A stretch of DNA of 64,000 bases from Nitrosopumilaceae archaeon (GTDB lineage: Archaea; Thermoproteota; Nitrososphaeria; Nitrososphaerales; Nitrosopumilaceae). Positions 30,594 through 40,926 of the stretch are shown in pieces. The stretch spans positions 96,001 to 160,000 of the forward strand of contig CBDATR010000024.1 of NCBI GenBank assembly GCA_965200155.1, written 5' to 3'. Both the position numbers and the translations under genes were made by a program. Each line of letters starts with the position of its first letter. Position 1 is the first letter of the stretch. The notes under the pieces are model-generated. The model worked only from the letters and a program-made list of their open reading frames with translations. It ran no database searches and was not told the DNA's origin.

Positions 30594-31310
30594 GGCGCGC
30601 TCAACTAGGAGATCCTCCAAGGCATGACCGGCATCCAGCGCGGCCTTGTTAAACTGCCCCATCAGGAACTGGTCGTTATCTGAGGGAAAGGGCTCAGTCA
30701 CATCAGCCAGCGATTCGGCCAGTCTCACAATATATGATTCAGGACCGATTGCCATCACCACGGCAGGCATTCCCGGAACCACGCCGGTCATGCGTATGGC
30801 CTGTGCTATTTGGGTAGTACCAGCCAATCTTAGCAGAATGTCCGACTCTAGGCTTTTTGCTATCATGATACCGCGGCGCCGGGATTCCAGAGATACCTCC
30901 AGTATGCGGCGCAGATGGGATAGACCCAGAACATGCCTAGAGGAGACCGCCTGTATATGTGCATGTGGAAATCTCTGGCGCAGTGCATCAAGATCTACAG
31001 ATGACACACACAGGGCAGATACGACAGTATCCAGTATTTCAAACCGCACAGCTTGGCCCCCGTGTATTACTGGTATTATGGATACGCGATCATTGTCATG
31101 CAGTATAGCCGAGAGTCCGCCCAGAGATGATGAGTCGGCGCCATTTACAGCCACCAGTATATTCTTGGTATCCAGGGAGGGTGTGTCAGGGGGTTTTGCG
31201 CGGATAAGCATATGTAGCATATCAGATATGGTCATATTCTCACACTCCAGCGTAATACGACCTGACGGAAACGACTTTTTTGCACCACCCAGGAACTCTA
31301 TCGCAACCAT
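30582..31310 (-). CDS. Ubiquitin-like (MoaD/Urm1/SAMP) domain fused to KEOPS Cgi121
   Basis: ILVAVNG...VSIIPVIHGG followed by AKSLESDILLRLAGTTQIAQAI. Confidence 0.88.
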   Translation of the reverse strand: MVAIEFLGGAKKSFPSGRITLECENMTISDMLHMLIRAKPPDTPSLDTKNILVAVNGADSSSLGGLSAILHDNDRVSIIPVIHGGQAVRFEILDTVVSALCVSSVDLDALRQRFPHAHIQAVSSRHVLGLSHLRRILEVSLESRRRGIMIAKSLESDILLRLAGTTQIAQAIRMTGVVPGMPAVVMAIGPESYIVRLAESLADVTEPFPSDNDQFLMGQFNKAALDAGHALEDLLVERASIL

Positions 31311-31369
31311 ATGACACAGGAAAATCTGTACGGATAAAAATTATTTCTGGCAGGAATCAAGACTGGTAA

Positions 31370-31717
31370 TTACTCGTTCTTGTCGTTTATGTCATATACG
31401 ACACCGTCAGGCGCGTTCTCAGAGTCGTCCTGGGAGTCCTCGTCGGTCGCCTCATTAGGTATCTCCGTAGTTTCCTGATCCGTCTCGGCATCTTCGGATT
31501 CCTGTTCCCGTGCCAGCCTATCCTCTTCACGCTTGTGTTTCTCGCGAATCTCTCTTTTTATGGTCTTTGTTATCAAGCCTGCAATCTCGTTCTTTAGTTC
31601 CTTGGAAGTTATTGTTGCCAATTCCCCTAGGGTGCGCTTGTTGTCATCGAAATCTGGACCGAATCTATCCCCATAGGTCTCCAATATCTCCGTTGAGAGT
31701 CGCCTTACCCTATTCAC
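31370..31717 (-). CDS. rps17e: Ribosomal protein S17e with acidic C-terminal extension
   Basis: DFDDNK, SKELKNEIAG.IT. Confidence 0.88.
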   Translation of the reverse strand: MNRVRRLSTEILETYGDRFGPDFDDNKRTLGELATITSKELKNEIAGLITKTIKREIREKHKREEDRLAREQESEDAETDQETTEIPNEATDEDSQDDSENAPDGVVYDINDKNE

Positions 31718-31748
31718 TGCCCTCTTGCATGTAGAGGACTAATTATAT

Positions 31749-32495
31749 CTATACGTGAAGAAATGATAGCGTGTTTTGTTCCAGTAATCCTGCGGCATCC
31801 CCATAGGACAGTTTCAGGGTATCTGCTACGCATAACACCACACTAGGAAGGAATGCAGGAGTGGCGTTCATATTCCCAAAGCATCGCCCAAAGGAGACAG
31901 GTCCGTCGGTTTCCACCAGTATTTTGTCAGGACGGCTTATGGATAACAGGCGTCGCTTGTCTGCGGCATATACTGCCAAAGGCCCATAGGACACATACAT
32001 ATCCGCATCCATGGCCCGCCGCAGCTTACCCTTGCTACCCTCAAACCAGTGCAGCAATACAGTGCAACGAAAGGAGCTCAGAGTATCCAGTATCATGTCC
32101 AGACTCTTGCGCGAGTGTACCGAGACAGGGAGGCCCAGTCTTTCGGCCATCTCCAGCTGGGCCACAAATATGTCCATCTGCTGAGATAGCCCCACATCAT
32201 AGGTGGGATCCAGCCCGATCTCACCCACTCCGCATGCACGGCCGTTATCCAGCATATGCTCCACACAATCCAAATCCCCGGAGCTAGCAAACTGGGGGTG
32301 TATCCCCACAAAGGGTATTACAGGAGCGCCCGACTCCGCCAAGGCCAGCGTGGCTTCAGAGTCAGCCACATTGGTGGATACGCAACAGGCCTTTATGTGC
32401 ATACGATTCATTGCCAGAATTATCTGCGGCATGTTGCCCGTATAATATGCGTCAGATAGATGTGCATGTGAGTCGTACAAAAATGTGCCCGGCAA
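31749..32495 (-). CDS. tatD: TatD-family hydrolase
   Basis: DSHAHL, GIHP, GEIGLD, VHSR, ETDGP. Confidence 0.93.
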   Translation of the reverse strand: MPGTFLYDSHAHLSDAYYTGNMPQIILAMNRMHIKACCVSTNVADSEATLALAESGAPVIPFVGIHPQFASSGDLDCVEHMLDNGRACGVGEIGLDPTYDVGLSQQMDIFVAQLEMAERLGLPVSVHSRKSLDMILDTLSSFRCTVLLHWFEGSKGKLRRAMDADMYVSYGPLAVYAADKRRLLSISRPDKILVETDGPVSFGRCFGNMNATPAFLPSVVLCVADTLKLSYGDAAGLLEQNTLSFLHV

Positions 32496-32541
32496 CAGGT
32501 CATTGTTTGGTGTCCTTTTATTCTAATTTTTCCAATCACAT

Positions 32542-32769
32542 ATGGATATGGTTGATGTGGAATTGGGACTGGCTCCCATGTACCGAATACTCAAGAATAA
32601 CGGCGCGGGAAGAATAAGCGACGAGTCGGTTGCAGAGCTGCGTCGCATAACGGAGGATACTGCAAGCGCCATAGCCAAGAGTGCAGTGGAGTTGGCAACT
32701 CATGCTGGTCGAAAGACTATCAAGGCAGAGGATATAAGACTGGCATCAAAGATGCTCGTAGTCAAGTAA
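32542..32769 (+). CDS. Archaeal histone
   Basis: LAPMYRILK..GAGRIS...HAGRKTIKAEDI. Confidence 0.95.
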   Translation: MDMVDVELGLAPMYRILKNNGAGRISDESVAELRRITEDTASAIAKSAVELATHAGRKTIKAEDIRLASKMLVVK

Positions 32770-32866
32770 TCGTATAGGTCGCGTAAAATATCAGGCACCC
32801 ATACGATGATGGAAAACAAGAATGGATGTGTATTTCAAACTGTCCAGGGGTGACCTAAACTGTTAC
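32766..32866. mobile_element. Older MITE-like element with GTAA...TTAC ends
   Basis: GTAATCGTATAGGTCGC...GTGACCTAAACTGTTAC; similar to 17862-17977. Confidence 0.6.
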
Positions 32867-32913
32867 CAAAGTCCTAAAGGGTTTAATTGTACGTGTCAAA
32901 TTTGAAAAGGAGC

Positions 32914-32985
32914 GGTGAGGTGGCAGAACGGTTATGCGTGGGCCTGCAGAGCCTATACAAGAGGGTTCGACTCCCTTCCTCACCT
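32914..32985 (+). tRNA. tRNA-Cys(GCA)
   Basis: Acceptor GGTGAGG/CCTCACC; anticodon arm TGGGC-CTGCAGA-GCCTA; GTTCGA T-loop; T-run follows. Confidence 0.95.
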
Positions 32986-33002
32986 TTTTCAAGATTGGCA
33001 CA

Positions 33003-33443
33003 TTATGTGACTTCCACTATTCCATCCATCCAGGGGTGTAACGTGCAGTGATACACAAAGGTGCCCGGCTCCGCAAAGACGTAACTGAATCTGTCTGTAG
33101 GCTCCATGTGACCGCTGTCAAATTCGTATGGCGGATCCCCGTACATGCCAGAGGTCACACTGTGGAATGCAGAGTCCTGGTTCTCCCATACCACTTCCTG
33201 ACCGGTGGACACTTGTATCAGATAAGGTGTATAGCATTGCATGTTAACCTCGCAGCCGGGCCTGGAAGACTTTGTAGTCATTATGACATGGGTGTCAGAT
33301 GGGAGTTCCGGCGTATCGGCGGTTCCTGGAGTTGATGAGACCTCCGTTGCCTGAGTCGATGCCATGGACACCAAATACCACAGTAATACAACCATCAAAA
33401 CAACCGACGCGGCGGCCACAAGAGGCAATCTACCCTGACCCAC
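33003..33443 (-). CDS. Membrane-anchored plastocyanin/azurin-family cupredoxin
   Basis: HSVTSG and YHCTLHPWM type-1 Cu ligands. Confidence 0.92.
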   Translation of the reverse strand: MGQGRLPLVAAASVVLMVVLLWYLVSMASTQATEVSSTPGTADTPELPSDTHVIMTTKSSRPGCEVNMQCYTPYLIQVSTGQEVVWENQDSAFHSVTSGMYGDPPYEFDSGHMEPTDRFSYVFAEPGTFVYHCTLHPWMDGIVEVT

Positions 33444-33524
33444 GGAAACATATACGACGGAACTTTATATATAAAATTGCAATACTAACATGGTTGTCCC
33501 CTTCCCAGTATACTCACAGCCCAT

Positions 33525-34088
33525 GTGTGTGACATGTCACTGGTGCCCTTCCTAGAAGAGGCTTGGGAGTTCCCCATATTTTCCATAATTGCCATAGGGG
33601 GAGCCGTCGTTGTAGGGTTGGTACAGGGAAGAGTGCTTGGCAAGGCAATTACCGCAAGATTTGCCAGAATTCGCCGTCACGCATGGATATCATCCATAGG
33701 ATTGCTGGTACTGTTTTTGTCCAATGCTCTGATAAGCCTGCCGCGCTTCTCGTCGCCGGACAAGATACGCATCTCGGATTTATTTGCGTCAACGGATCCT
33801 CAGGCGTTCGCGGAGACGCTCTTTACGCTGATGGGTGTTGGAACAGGCTTCTTGGCAATATTTGCCATATCAGTTACTGTAATGAGCCTGTTATTGCTTC
33901 GTCTAGCTCCCATAAGAGGGGCATCCAAGGCCTTTGTCATAATAGTCAGCTCCCTGGTCATGCTGCTAACGATTCTCTCCAGGTTCACGTACTTGTCACC
34001 CAGTAACCTGGAGGTTGTACTGTTCTTTTTGTACCAGATTGGCATAACGGCAGGAATATTCATTTGGACCTTGCGCTGTAAGAGATAG
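33525..34088 (+). CDS. Hypothetical membrane protein
   Basis: About 5 TM segments. Confidence 0.7.
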   Translation: MCDMSLVPFLEEAWEFPIFSIIAIGGAVVVGLVQGRVLGKAITARFARIRRHAWISSIGLLVLFLSNALISLPRFSSPDKIRISDLFASTDPQAFAETLFTLMGVGTGFLAIFAISVTVMSLLLLRLAPIRGASKAFVIIVSSLVMLLTILSRFTYLSPSNLEVVLFFLYQIGITAGIFIWTLRCKR

Positions 34089-34096
34089 AGTCGTTA

Positions 34097-35422
34097 TCAC
34101 GAATAGCCTGCCAGACGGAATCCTGCTAACATCCAGCGCTCATCCATACGAAAGAAGTTACGGTAGCTTGCACGTATGGACATGGAGGGCGTTCCAAAGG
34201 ATCCTCCCCGCAGCACCTTTTGTGATGTGAACCACTTGTCGTTATACTCCTCAAAGGCAGACTGAAATCCCGGATACCCCACAAACTCCGAGGAGGTCCA
34301 TTCCCACACATCACCAATCATCTGCTGGCACCCACAGGGACTGGCCCCCTGGGGATAGCTCCCTATGGGGGCAACCTTCCAGGTATGGGACTCCAGAAGA
34401 TTGCAGTGTTGTGGCGATGGTGACCGGTCCCCCCAGGGAAACTCCCTGGGGATATTGCCATCCCAGCAGGCTGCCTTTTCCCATTCAAACTCGGTAGGAA
34501 GGCGCATGCCTGCCCATTTAGCATAGGCATCAGCCTCATAGTAACTGACATGGACTACAGGTTCGGCCATGTTTACCGGTCGGATACCGGCAAAGTCGCG
34601 GGTGTGCCATTTATTATCAATATACTCCCAGTACATGGGAGATTCCCACTCTTCCTCCTGTGCAGTCTTCCATCCGTCAGAGAGCCAGTACTTGTAACTC
34701 TCATACCCACCATCTTCCATGAATTTTATGTACTCGCCATTAGTGACAGGAAACCTGCCCATGACATAATCGTTAAGGTATACCCTGTGCCGGGGCAATT
34801 CCACATCATAGCAGAACCCATCCCCCGCATATCCGGCCTCATATATGCCGCCATCTATGGATATCATATCAGTACGGACCGGTCCCGGCGGTCTTGGGGT
34901 CTCTGAGTACTTTAGCGGAATGTACTGATCCGCGAGCAGGTGCTGCAGGTCATATACCAGCAGCTCCTGGTGCTGGCATTCATGATTCAGTCCCATCTGG
35001 AAGAGTGATTGTGTCCTTGAGTCTCTGTTATTCTGGAGAAACTCACCTACACGACGGCTTACTTCCACATAGTAGTCCAGAATGCGATCCAGGGTAGGTC
35101 TAGATACCACCCCCCGACGATCCTTGCGATGCGGTTCGCCGAACTGGTTATAGTATGAATTGAGATAGGTGGAGAATTCCTCCCTGTAGAACTGGTAGGA
35201 GGGATCAAGTCGCTTCATTATAATCTGATAAAGCCAAGAGACATGTCCCAGATGCCACTTGGGAGGGCTCATATAAGAGGCGGTCTGTACCACAAAGTCA
35301 TCATACTCTAGTTTTGCAACCAAACCCAGTGTCCTGAGTCGCGTCTCTACAAACTGTCCCTCCAGGGAATCACGGGTTGTCGTATGAGGTATCTCCTGCA
35401 TGATACTTTTTATGGCATCCAT
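34097..35422 (-). CDS. egtB: Ergothioneine biosynthesis sulfoxide synthase EgtB
   Basis: SPPKWHLGH, HECQHQELL, FGE-sulfatase domain (RLPTEFEWE, GDVWEWT, VLRGGS). Confidence 0.92.
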   Translation of the reverse strand: MDAIKSIMQEIPHTTTRDSLEGQFVETRLRTLGLVAKLEYDDFVVQTASYMSPPKWHLGHVSWLYQIIMKRLDPSYQFYREEFSTYLNSYYNQFGEPHRKDRRGVVSRPTLDRILDYYVEVSRRVGEFLQNNRDSRTQSLFQMGLNHECQHQELLVYDLQHLLADQYIPLKYSETPRPPGPVRTDMISIDGGIYEAGYAGDGFCYDVELPRHRVYLNDYVMGRFPVTNGEYIKFMEDGGYESYKYWLSDGWKTAQEEEWESPMYWEYIDNKWHTRDFAGIRPVNMAEPVVHVSYYEADAYAKWAGMRLPTEFEWEKAACWDGNIPREFPWGDRSPSPQHCNLLESHTWKVAPIGSYPQGASPCGCQQMIGDVWEWTSSEFVGYPGFQSAFEEYNDKWFTSQKVLRGGSFGTPSMSIRASYRNFFRMDERWMLAGFRLAGYS

Positions 35423-35480
35423 GTGACGGCAGGGAGTAATCGCTTTTTAATACGTTCTGAATTTGATGTGAAAATTCTCC

Positions 35481-35572
35481 GTATGAGTTCACCTGTGTCT
35501 AAATTTACGCATAACTGATCGCTACAGTTAATGTGATTTGTGCATAAGATTCCGGAAGACGTGAACTCATAC
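35481..35572 (-). mobile_element. MITE copy 7 (upstream of egtB)
   Basis: TSD AATTCTCC. Confidence 0.97.
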
Positions 35573-35697
35573 AATTCTCCCATGACCTCTCCGCTACGCG
35601 CATGCACGTAGTGCCGCTTTTATGATAATGGCGGTACAGGCTCAACTAGGTTTGATTAGGTCAGACCAGCGTACAGTTTAATTATTTTGTATTTGTC

Positions 35698-36843
35698 TTG
35701 GCGCTTATGCTAACTCTTGTACTGGTCGCGGCAATCATATCCTCCGCAGCGGCCCAGGAGGCAGACTATGCACCCTACGTCGAGAGTATACAGATGTTGC
35801 TGGATAAAGATACAGAACAGGCCCATGTGTCGGTATTGCTGCAGAGTATAAGTGTAAATGACATAATGATTACAGGCCCTCTTGAGCAGGATTTACGGGA
35901 ACATGACAGGATACTGGCGATGCTTCTCACCAATACGGATACCTGCGTTCCGGGGGTCACCGACGAGGCATGCATAATACTGAACATGCTAAGAGTGCCC
36001 GACGAGAAAGATATCATAACAGTACAACAGAATGTAAGGACCGAAGGAGACAAATTCATAGATGAATTGAATACCACTTTTGGTACCAATGCCGAATTCC
36101 ATTCGGTATTTGTCCATCATGACAATACGCAAAGTCAGACCCTAGGAATGTCAGGGGCAGTTGATCGTAACACGGTCTCTGCGGTATATACCATACCGCA
36201 ACAGGATACTACTGATCTCTTTGAGATGCTGGCAGCCAAACTGCTCGCGCCTGACATATACCAGGGGGGCGGGTTTGTTGACGCTGCAAGAATCCTAGCT
36301 GCCCAGGACAATGCCACAGTCACCTTTGCGGCCATTCCCGGTAACACCAACAGCCTAATGCAACTTCGAGTCCTAATGCCATACCAGCATGCACAGGATA
36401 CCGTGAATCCGCTGGAGCGAATTGGTAGTGTGGCAAGATCAGCCTATTTTGATGAGGGATTCTATCCCCTAAATTCACTTGTTCGCGTTGTTATAACATC
36501 AGGAGAGGGTATAGCGGTATCGGATGTGCAGAGTCCCCTACTGCCTACAGCCATAACCAATGGCAGAATCATCCCTTCGGAGATCTCTGGTGCGGGCTGG
36601 GTCTTTGATCCCGCATCGGGAATAATAATCAGGGGCACGTACCTAATTGGAGCCGGGGGACAGGCGAACTTGGAGCAGACGGCAATTGTGCTGGGTGAAA
36701 CCGTATTGGAGACACCTGTCGCGACTCCCATAGCAGAGGAGGCCGAGAATATGTCCTGGGACAATATTATGATAGTTGTTATAATAGTAGTGACAGGTGC
36801 CGCCGCCGGTGTATTCTACTTACGCGGGTACAAAAGATCCTAA
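35698..36843 (+). CDS. Exported protein with C-terminal membrane anchor
   Basis: Signal peptide; C-terminal TM helix plus basic tail (FYLRGYKRS). Confidence 0.75.
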   Translation: MALMLTLVLVAAIISSAAAQEADYAPYVESIQMLLDKDTEQAHVSVLLQSISVNDIMITGPLEQDLREHDRILAMLLTNTDTCVPGVTDEACIILNMLRVPDEKDIITVQQNVRTEGDKFIDELNTTFGTNAEFHSVFVHHDNTQSQTLGMSGAVDRNTVSAVYTIPQQDTTDLFEMLAAKLLAPDIYQGGGFVDAARILAAQDNATVTFAAIPGNTNSLMQLRVLMPYQHAQDTVNPLERIGSVARSAYFDEGFYPLNSLVRVVITSGEGIAVSDVQSPLLPTAITNGRIIPSEISGAGWVFDPASGIIIRGTYLIGAGGQANLEQTAIVLGETVLETPVATPIAEEAENMSWDNIMIVVIIVVTGAAAGVFYLRGYKRS

Positions 36844-37391
36844 AGCAGCAAAACTGCCGCCGCAAATACAGTGGTCCATAGACCATTCTTGTCCCCGGTA
36901 GCGGTCTGTGTGATGTTGGATGTCTTGTATATCTGGCCGGATATGTTCCACTGCTGTTTTTTTTCATCCCAGCTCTGGTCTATATCAAAGGGTATGCCCA
37001 AAGACGAGGCCAGCATTTGCGCAGCTATATCCTCTGCATAGTCACCAGCCTGTCGCTCATTCTCTCCGAAGGAAATGTGCTCGGACAGGTAACCATAACG
37101 GGAGGGATCCTTGGGACGGGCAAGTCCCACAGAGGCGGCGCACAGTCTATGAGGCTCATTGACCTGATTTTTAGAGTAAATGGTAAAGAGAATTTGGCCA
37201 GGCTGTATCAGTTTTAGACCCTCTATCTTTGACACCAAACGTGCATTGGGGGGAAATATGCTAGATATGAGTACCAGGTTGGTTCCAGCGATACCGGCAT
37301 CTCTCAGTGCATATTCGAAACTTGTTAATTTGTCAGGATGAACTCCCTTACCCTTTGTTAGGAATAGTTTCTTTGCAACCAAGTCCAGCAT
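36840..37391 (-). CDS. pdaD: Pyruvoyl-dependent arginine decarboxylase
   Basis: SFEYALRDAGI, NLVLISSIFP self-cleavage site, YGYLSEH. Confidence 0.92.
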   Translation of the reverse strand: MLDLVAKKLFLTKGKGVHPDKLTSFEYALRDAGIAGTNLVLISSIFPPNARLVSKIEGLKLIQPGQILFTIYSKNQVNEPHRLCAASVGLARPKDPSRYGYLSEHISFGENERQAGDYAEDIAAQMLASSLGIPFDIDQSWDEKKQQWNISGQIYKTSNITQTATGDKNGLWTTVFAAAVLLL

Positions 37392-37532
37392 AAAGAGGCG
37401 ACGCTTGCTGAAATAATTTAATTGTACGGATGGAGAACACGTCAGCATAAAGCGTCAGGTTAGCAAATACCAACCAATGACAAAAGTACACGCATATGGA
37501 ACTTAATATGATGCGGTGTCTACGTTGTAGTA

Positions 37533-38093
37533 TTGACTGAGTGGTTCGGGGATTTTTTGGGGTTGGCATACCGATACTATGACCTAAGAATGAATGTGGT
37601 TCCGCTATTTTTGGACAGACGTGAAGGACTCAAAATATGGCAGAATGTGATACACTGGTGGTCAGACATGTCCGTCAGGATAAGATTCGTGGAGAACGAT
37701 AAGCAATACTGGTTTATCATGGGCGCGGAGTCAAAAAGACCGGATACGAACTTGTCTTTTTACAAGGTGCTAACCCGCTCCCCCCATTATGAGAGATTCA
37801 AGGCAGGATGGGACGAGGCAGCATACCTGCGCTTTGGGGAGTATTCAGTACAGGATATCAAGAAAGCCAAGGACTCAGACATGTGTAACTGCGGACATCT
37901 GGCAGGGGATCACGCTGATGATGATGGCAGTAGTGAATGCCTGGAGGAGGAATGCTCCTGTAAAGAGTACGCGTCTACCCAAATATACATGCTAAAGAGG
38001 AAGAAGACAGTTACAGATATCATATTCATGGATGAATCCCAAGTGCGCGATGATCCCCTAGCATGGAACTGTATAAACGCCAATAGTTCCTAG
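37533..38093 (+). CDS. Hypothetical protein with Cys/His cluster
   Basis: CNCGH...H...C....CSC putative Zn site. Confidence 0.7.
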   Translation: MTEWFGDFLGLAYRYYDLRMNVVPLFLDRREGLKIWQNVIHWWSDMSVRIRFVENDKQYWFIMGAESKRPDTNLSFYKVLTRSPHYERFKAGWDEAAYLRFGEYSVQDIKKAKDSDMCNCGHLAGDHADDDGSSECLEEECSCKEYASTQIYMLKRKKTVTDIIFMDESQVRDDPLAWNCINANSS

Positions 38094-38308
38094 TCTTTAC
38101 CCAACCGCACATGCTTGCCGGGATAGTGCTTGTGAATCCCGTCCGAGTAGCACTGGCCGCACAAGGAGCCGGTGACTGACCACTCCTTCATTGGGGCATA
38201 AGATTTAGATATACGCTCACCACATATAGCGCAAGAACCGCGTTCCAAGACAGCCTGATGAGCACAAAGTTCGTATAAATACGTTGTAAGTTTACCGGGA
38301 ACAGCCAT
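38090..38308 (-). CDS. Small Zn-finger protein
   Basis: CAIC...CGQC; start uncertain. Confidence 0.65.
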   Translation of the reverse strand: MAVPGKLTTYLYELCAHQAVLERGSCAICGERISKSYAPMKEWSVTGSLCGQCYSDGIHKHYPGKHVRLGKD

Positions 38309-38531
38309 TTTAGTCTATTTGTATATGTGTCCATGCCGTGAAGTGTACACCAAGATTTGTTGTGCCGCCAATATTCCGGAATTACTCCAGCCAATCCCAA
38401 CGGATATCGAACTATAGCGCCATACCAGAACAGTATTCCCGTGACAATAGTCTCTGCCAAGGGCTTGTTCCCCGCATCATGATGCAGATAACGTATGTTG
38501 AGAGTGACTCAAGTGATTCTCAAACTTAGAG

Positions 38532-39559
38532 TGTATTATACAAAAATTAGGTCGCACTAATTTTAAGGCCCTTGCAAAGGATTACTTTATGATTCATCGT
38601 TCTACACGTGCTTCAAAGAAACTCACAGACAAGCAGATTGAATACGTAATCCGGCTCTGCAAGAAAGGAGAGTCAAGCAGGAACATTACAGCAAGTATGA
38701 AGGTCTCACAGAGACATATTCAGCGCCTGTATGCAGAGAATCGTAATGCCGGTACAATATACACGCACAATCAGAACCAGGCCGTCCAATCCAAAACCCG
38801 ACTCAGATACAATTGATGCGGTACTGCGCCAGTGCAAGAATGATCCAGCAGGAGTGTTACAAACAGCAAAGGTACTCCACATCACCCAAATACAATACAG
38901 TGTACAAAATCATGAAAGACTATGATTTAATGGCACCACCGACACGGAAGGGACGACGCAAATGGGTTAGTTTTGAGAGAATGTACTCAAACGCCATGTG
39001 GCACGTGGACTTGCACATCATGAAGAGCAAAAAATGGGCAGGAATGAAACCTTGTAGTATACCTGGATGATGCCTCTCGATGCGTTGTTACAGACAGACT
39101 ATTCCAGCATGCCACCTCTAAGATCGGTCCTGGCTCTGCATGATGCAATCAGTATGTTTGGTCACCCTGCCACCATACTATCCGATAACGGTTCATGCTT
39201 TGTAGGCCCAATGACACGTAAAAGAGAGAAACCAAAAATGTACCTGGAAGCCTACAGTCTTTGAGGCGGCTCTCATTGATCTTGGAATCCCCATGATAAA
39301 CTCAATACCACAGACTAATGGTAAGATGGAGCGGTTCTTCAGGAGTCTTGGGGAAGGCATGGAATACTATGGTGGCATGTCCAAATACATCGAGTATTGT
39401 AATGAGCGCAGACTGTACTGGTCCCTTGACATCGATAACCTGGAGACTCCGCTCACGGCGTTTCACAACAAAAGAGATACACAGTCAATCAGGAAGAGTG
39501 ACACAAAATGGATGGAGTGTGATGCCAATTACTATCGGACCGACTTTTCATACATTACA
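38532..39559 (+). mobile_element. IS481-family element (second isoform), frameshifted
   Basis: TGT...ACA ends; perfect 15-bp DR TTCTCAAACTTAGAG; NAMWHVD, ILSDNG, PQTNGKMERF. Confidence 0.93.
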
Positions 39560-39595
39560 TTCTCAAACTTAGAGAGCTAAATTTAATAACACTTA

Positions 39596-39892
39596 TTGCA
39601 ATCAGTTGACATGGTCGCATATAGGACTAGTATGCAGATAATAGCAGATCTGCTAGTCGCCACACAAGATTCCGGTAGAGAGGGAATAAGACCTACCACA
39701 TTACTTAGCAAGGCGAATCTTTCACACTCCAGATTAGGTAAATTTCTGGGGAACCTTATCAGCGCGGGCTTGGTCAACAAAATAGAATATGACGGCAGGC
39801 ACACGTTTGTAATTACACCCAAGGGTAGACAGTACCTTGAATCATACCAGAGATTTTGCAGTATAGCAGAGTCCTTTGGACTAGAGCTGTAA
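39596..39892 (+). CDS. Winged-HTH transcription regulator
   Basis: YRTSMQIIADLL...KANLSHSRL...ITPKG. Confidence 0.85.
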   Translation: MQSVDMVAYRTSMQIIADLLVATQDSGREGIRPTTLLSKANLSHSRLGKFLGNLISAGLVNKIEYDGRHTFVITPKGRQYLESYQRFCSIAESFGLEL

Positions 39893-39896
39893 CACA

Positions 39897-40061
39897 TTAT
39901 CTTTTCCTTTTATATTGACGACGGTTTTTTGCCGTAGAGTAAAAAATTACCGCTATGGCACCGGCCAGCATTGCGTAGAACTCAATCCAGCGCGCTTGAG
40001 CTGCCATTATAGCCATACCACCCACCAGTAATATGAACACCACCAGCAGATACTTGTCCAT
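39897..40061 (-). CDS. Small membrane protein
   Basis: Two TM segments plus basic tail. Confidence 0.6.
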   Translation of the reverse strand: MDKYLLVVFILLVGGMAIMAAQARWIEFYAMLAGAIAVIFYSTAKNRRQYKRKR

Positions 40062-40174
40062 GAAACTCAAGAGCAATACGTTTGGTATAACTGTTAAGGG
40101 CACAATGCTGAATCAGGATCGATTATACCCAACAAATTTGGACATTGCCGCAAGTGATATGACAGATACAAAGA

Positions 40175-40510
40175 TTACCGTTTTCGCCGTCGTCGGTCAC
40201 GAGAAGTAGGATCCTGTGTCAAAAATCTCCACCCGAAGAACCCGCCCAGACATAGTTGCGACACACCCAACATTGTTAGGAGAAACACCGATTGTGAGAG
40301 GCCGACATATATTCCAAAGACGCCAGTACACAAGAACATAATCATGATATTACGCAGTTTATGCGGAGGAAGACGTCTCACAAATAAGCACTTACATACT
40401 GAGTATAATACGTTGTGGTTTTGATCGCGGGAACGGGCTCCATACGGCACATTCAAGGTTGCCGCCAAACGAGGTACTAATGCATGGACACGGGAATCAA
40501 ATGTCGACAA
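40175..40510 (-). CDS. Small membrane protein (start uncertain)
   Basis: Two TM segments plus Arg-rich tail in the C-terminal half. Confidence 0.5.
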   Translation of the reverse strand: MSTFDSRVHALVPRLAATLNVPYGARSRDQNHNVLYSVCKCLFVRRLPPHKLRNIMIMFLCTGVFGIYVGLSQSVFLLTMLGVSQLCLGGFFGWRFLTQDPTSRDRRRRKR

Positions 40511-40795
40511 GATAGCCTGAATTAATCTGTCACGGGTTAAGCAAACTACCGAATCATGGTCTTGGGTTCATCTCTCTATATCAGGTAGGCCAAACGAGGC
40601 ATGTCACTAGATTCGGCACTCTTCGCACGATCATTGCATAAGATCAAAGTTGGTACCCTCAATGGCTACGGGATGGTGTATTGCATGGAATGCAAAGAAC
40701 CATCTTGCGCACAGATGGCTCCATTCTGTAATGGTAAGTGAAAACCTGCATCTTGCATACGGTTTAAATCAATGGATCATGACACTGTCCACAGT

Positions 40796-40873
40796 GCCAA
40801 TGTAGCTCAGCCTGGCTAGAGCATTCGCCTTGTAAGCGAAAGGTCGCGGGTTCGGATCCCGTCATTGGCTCCA
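40796..40873 (+). tRNA. tRNA-Thr(TGT), CCA encoded
   Basis: Acceptor GCCAATG/CATTGGC; anticodon arm TTCGC-CTTGTAA-GCGAA; TTTAAA TATA at about 40763. Confidence 0.95.
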
Positions 40874-40926
40874 TATTCTGTATAAAACCAAACATGTTAA
40901 TATCCCCACATCCGCGAATTCACATT

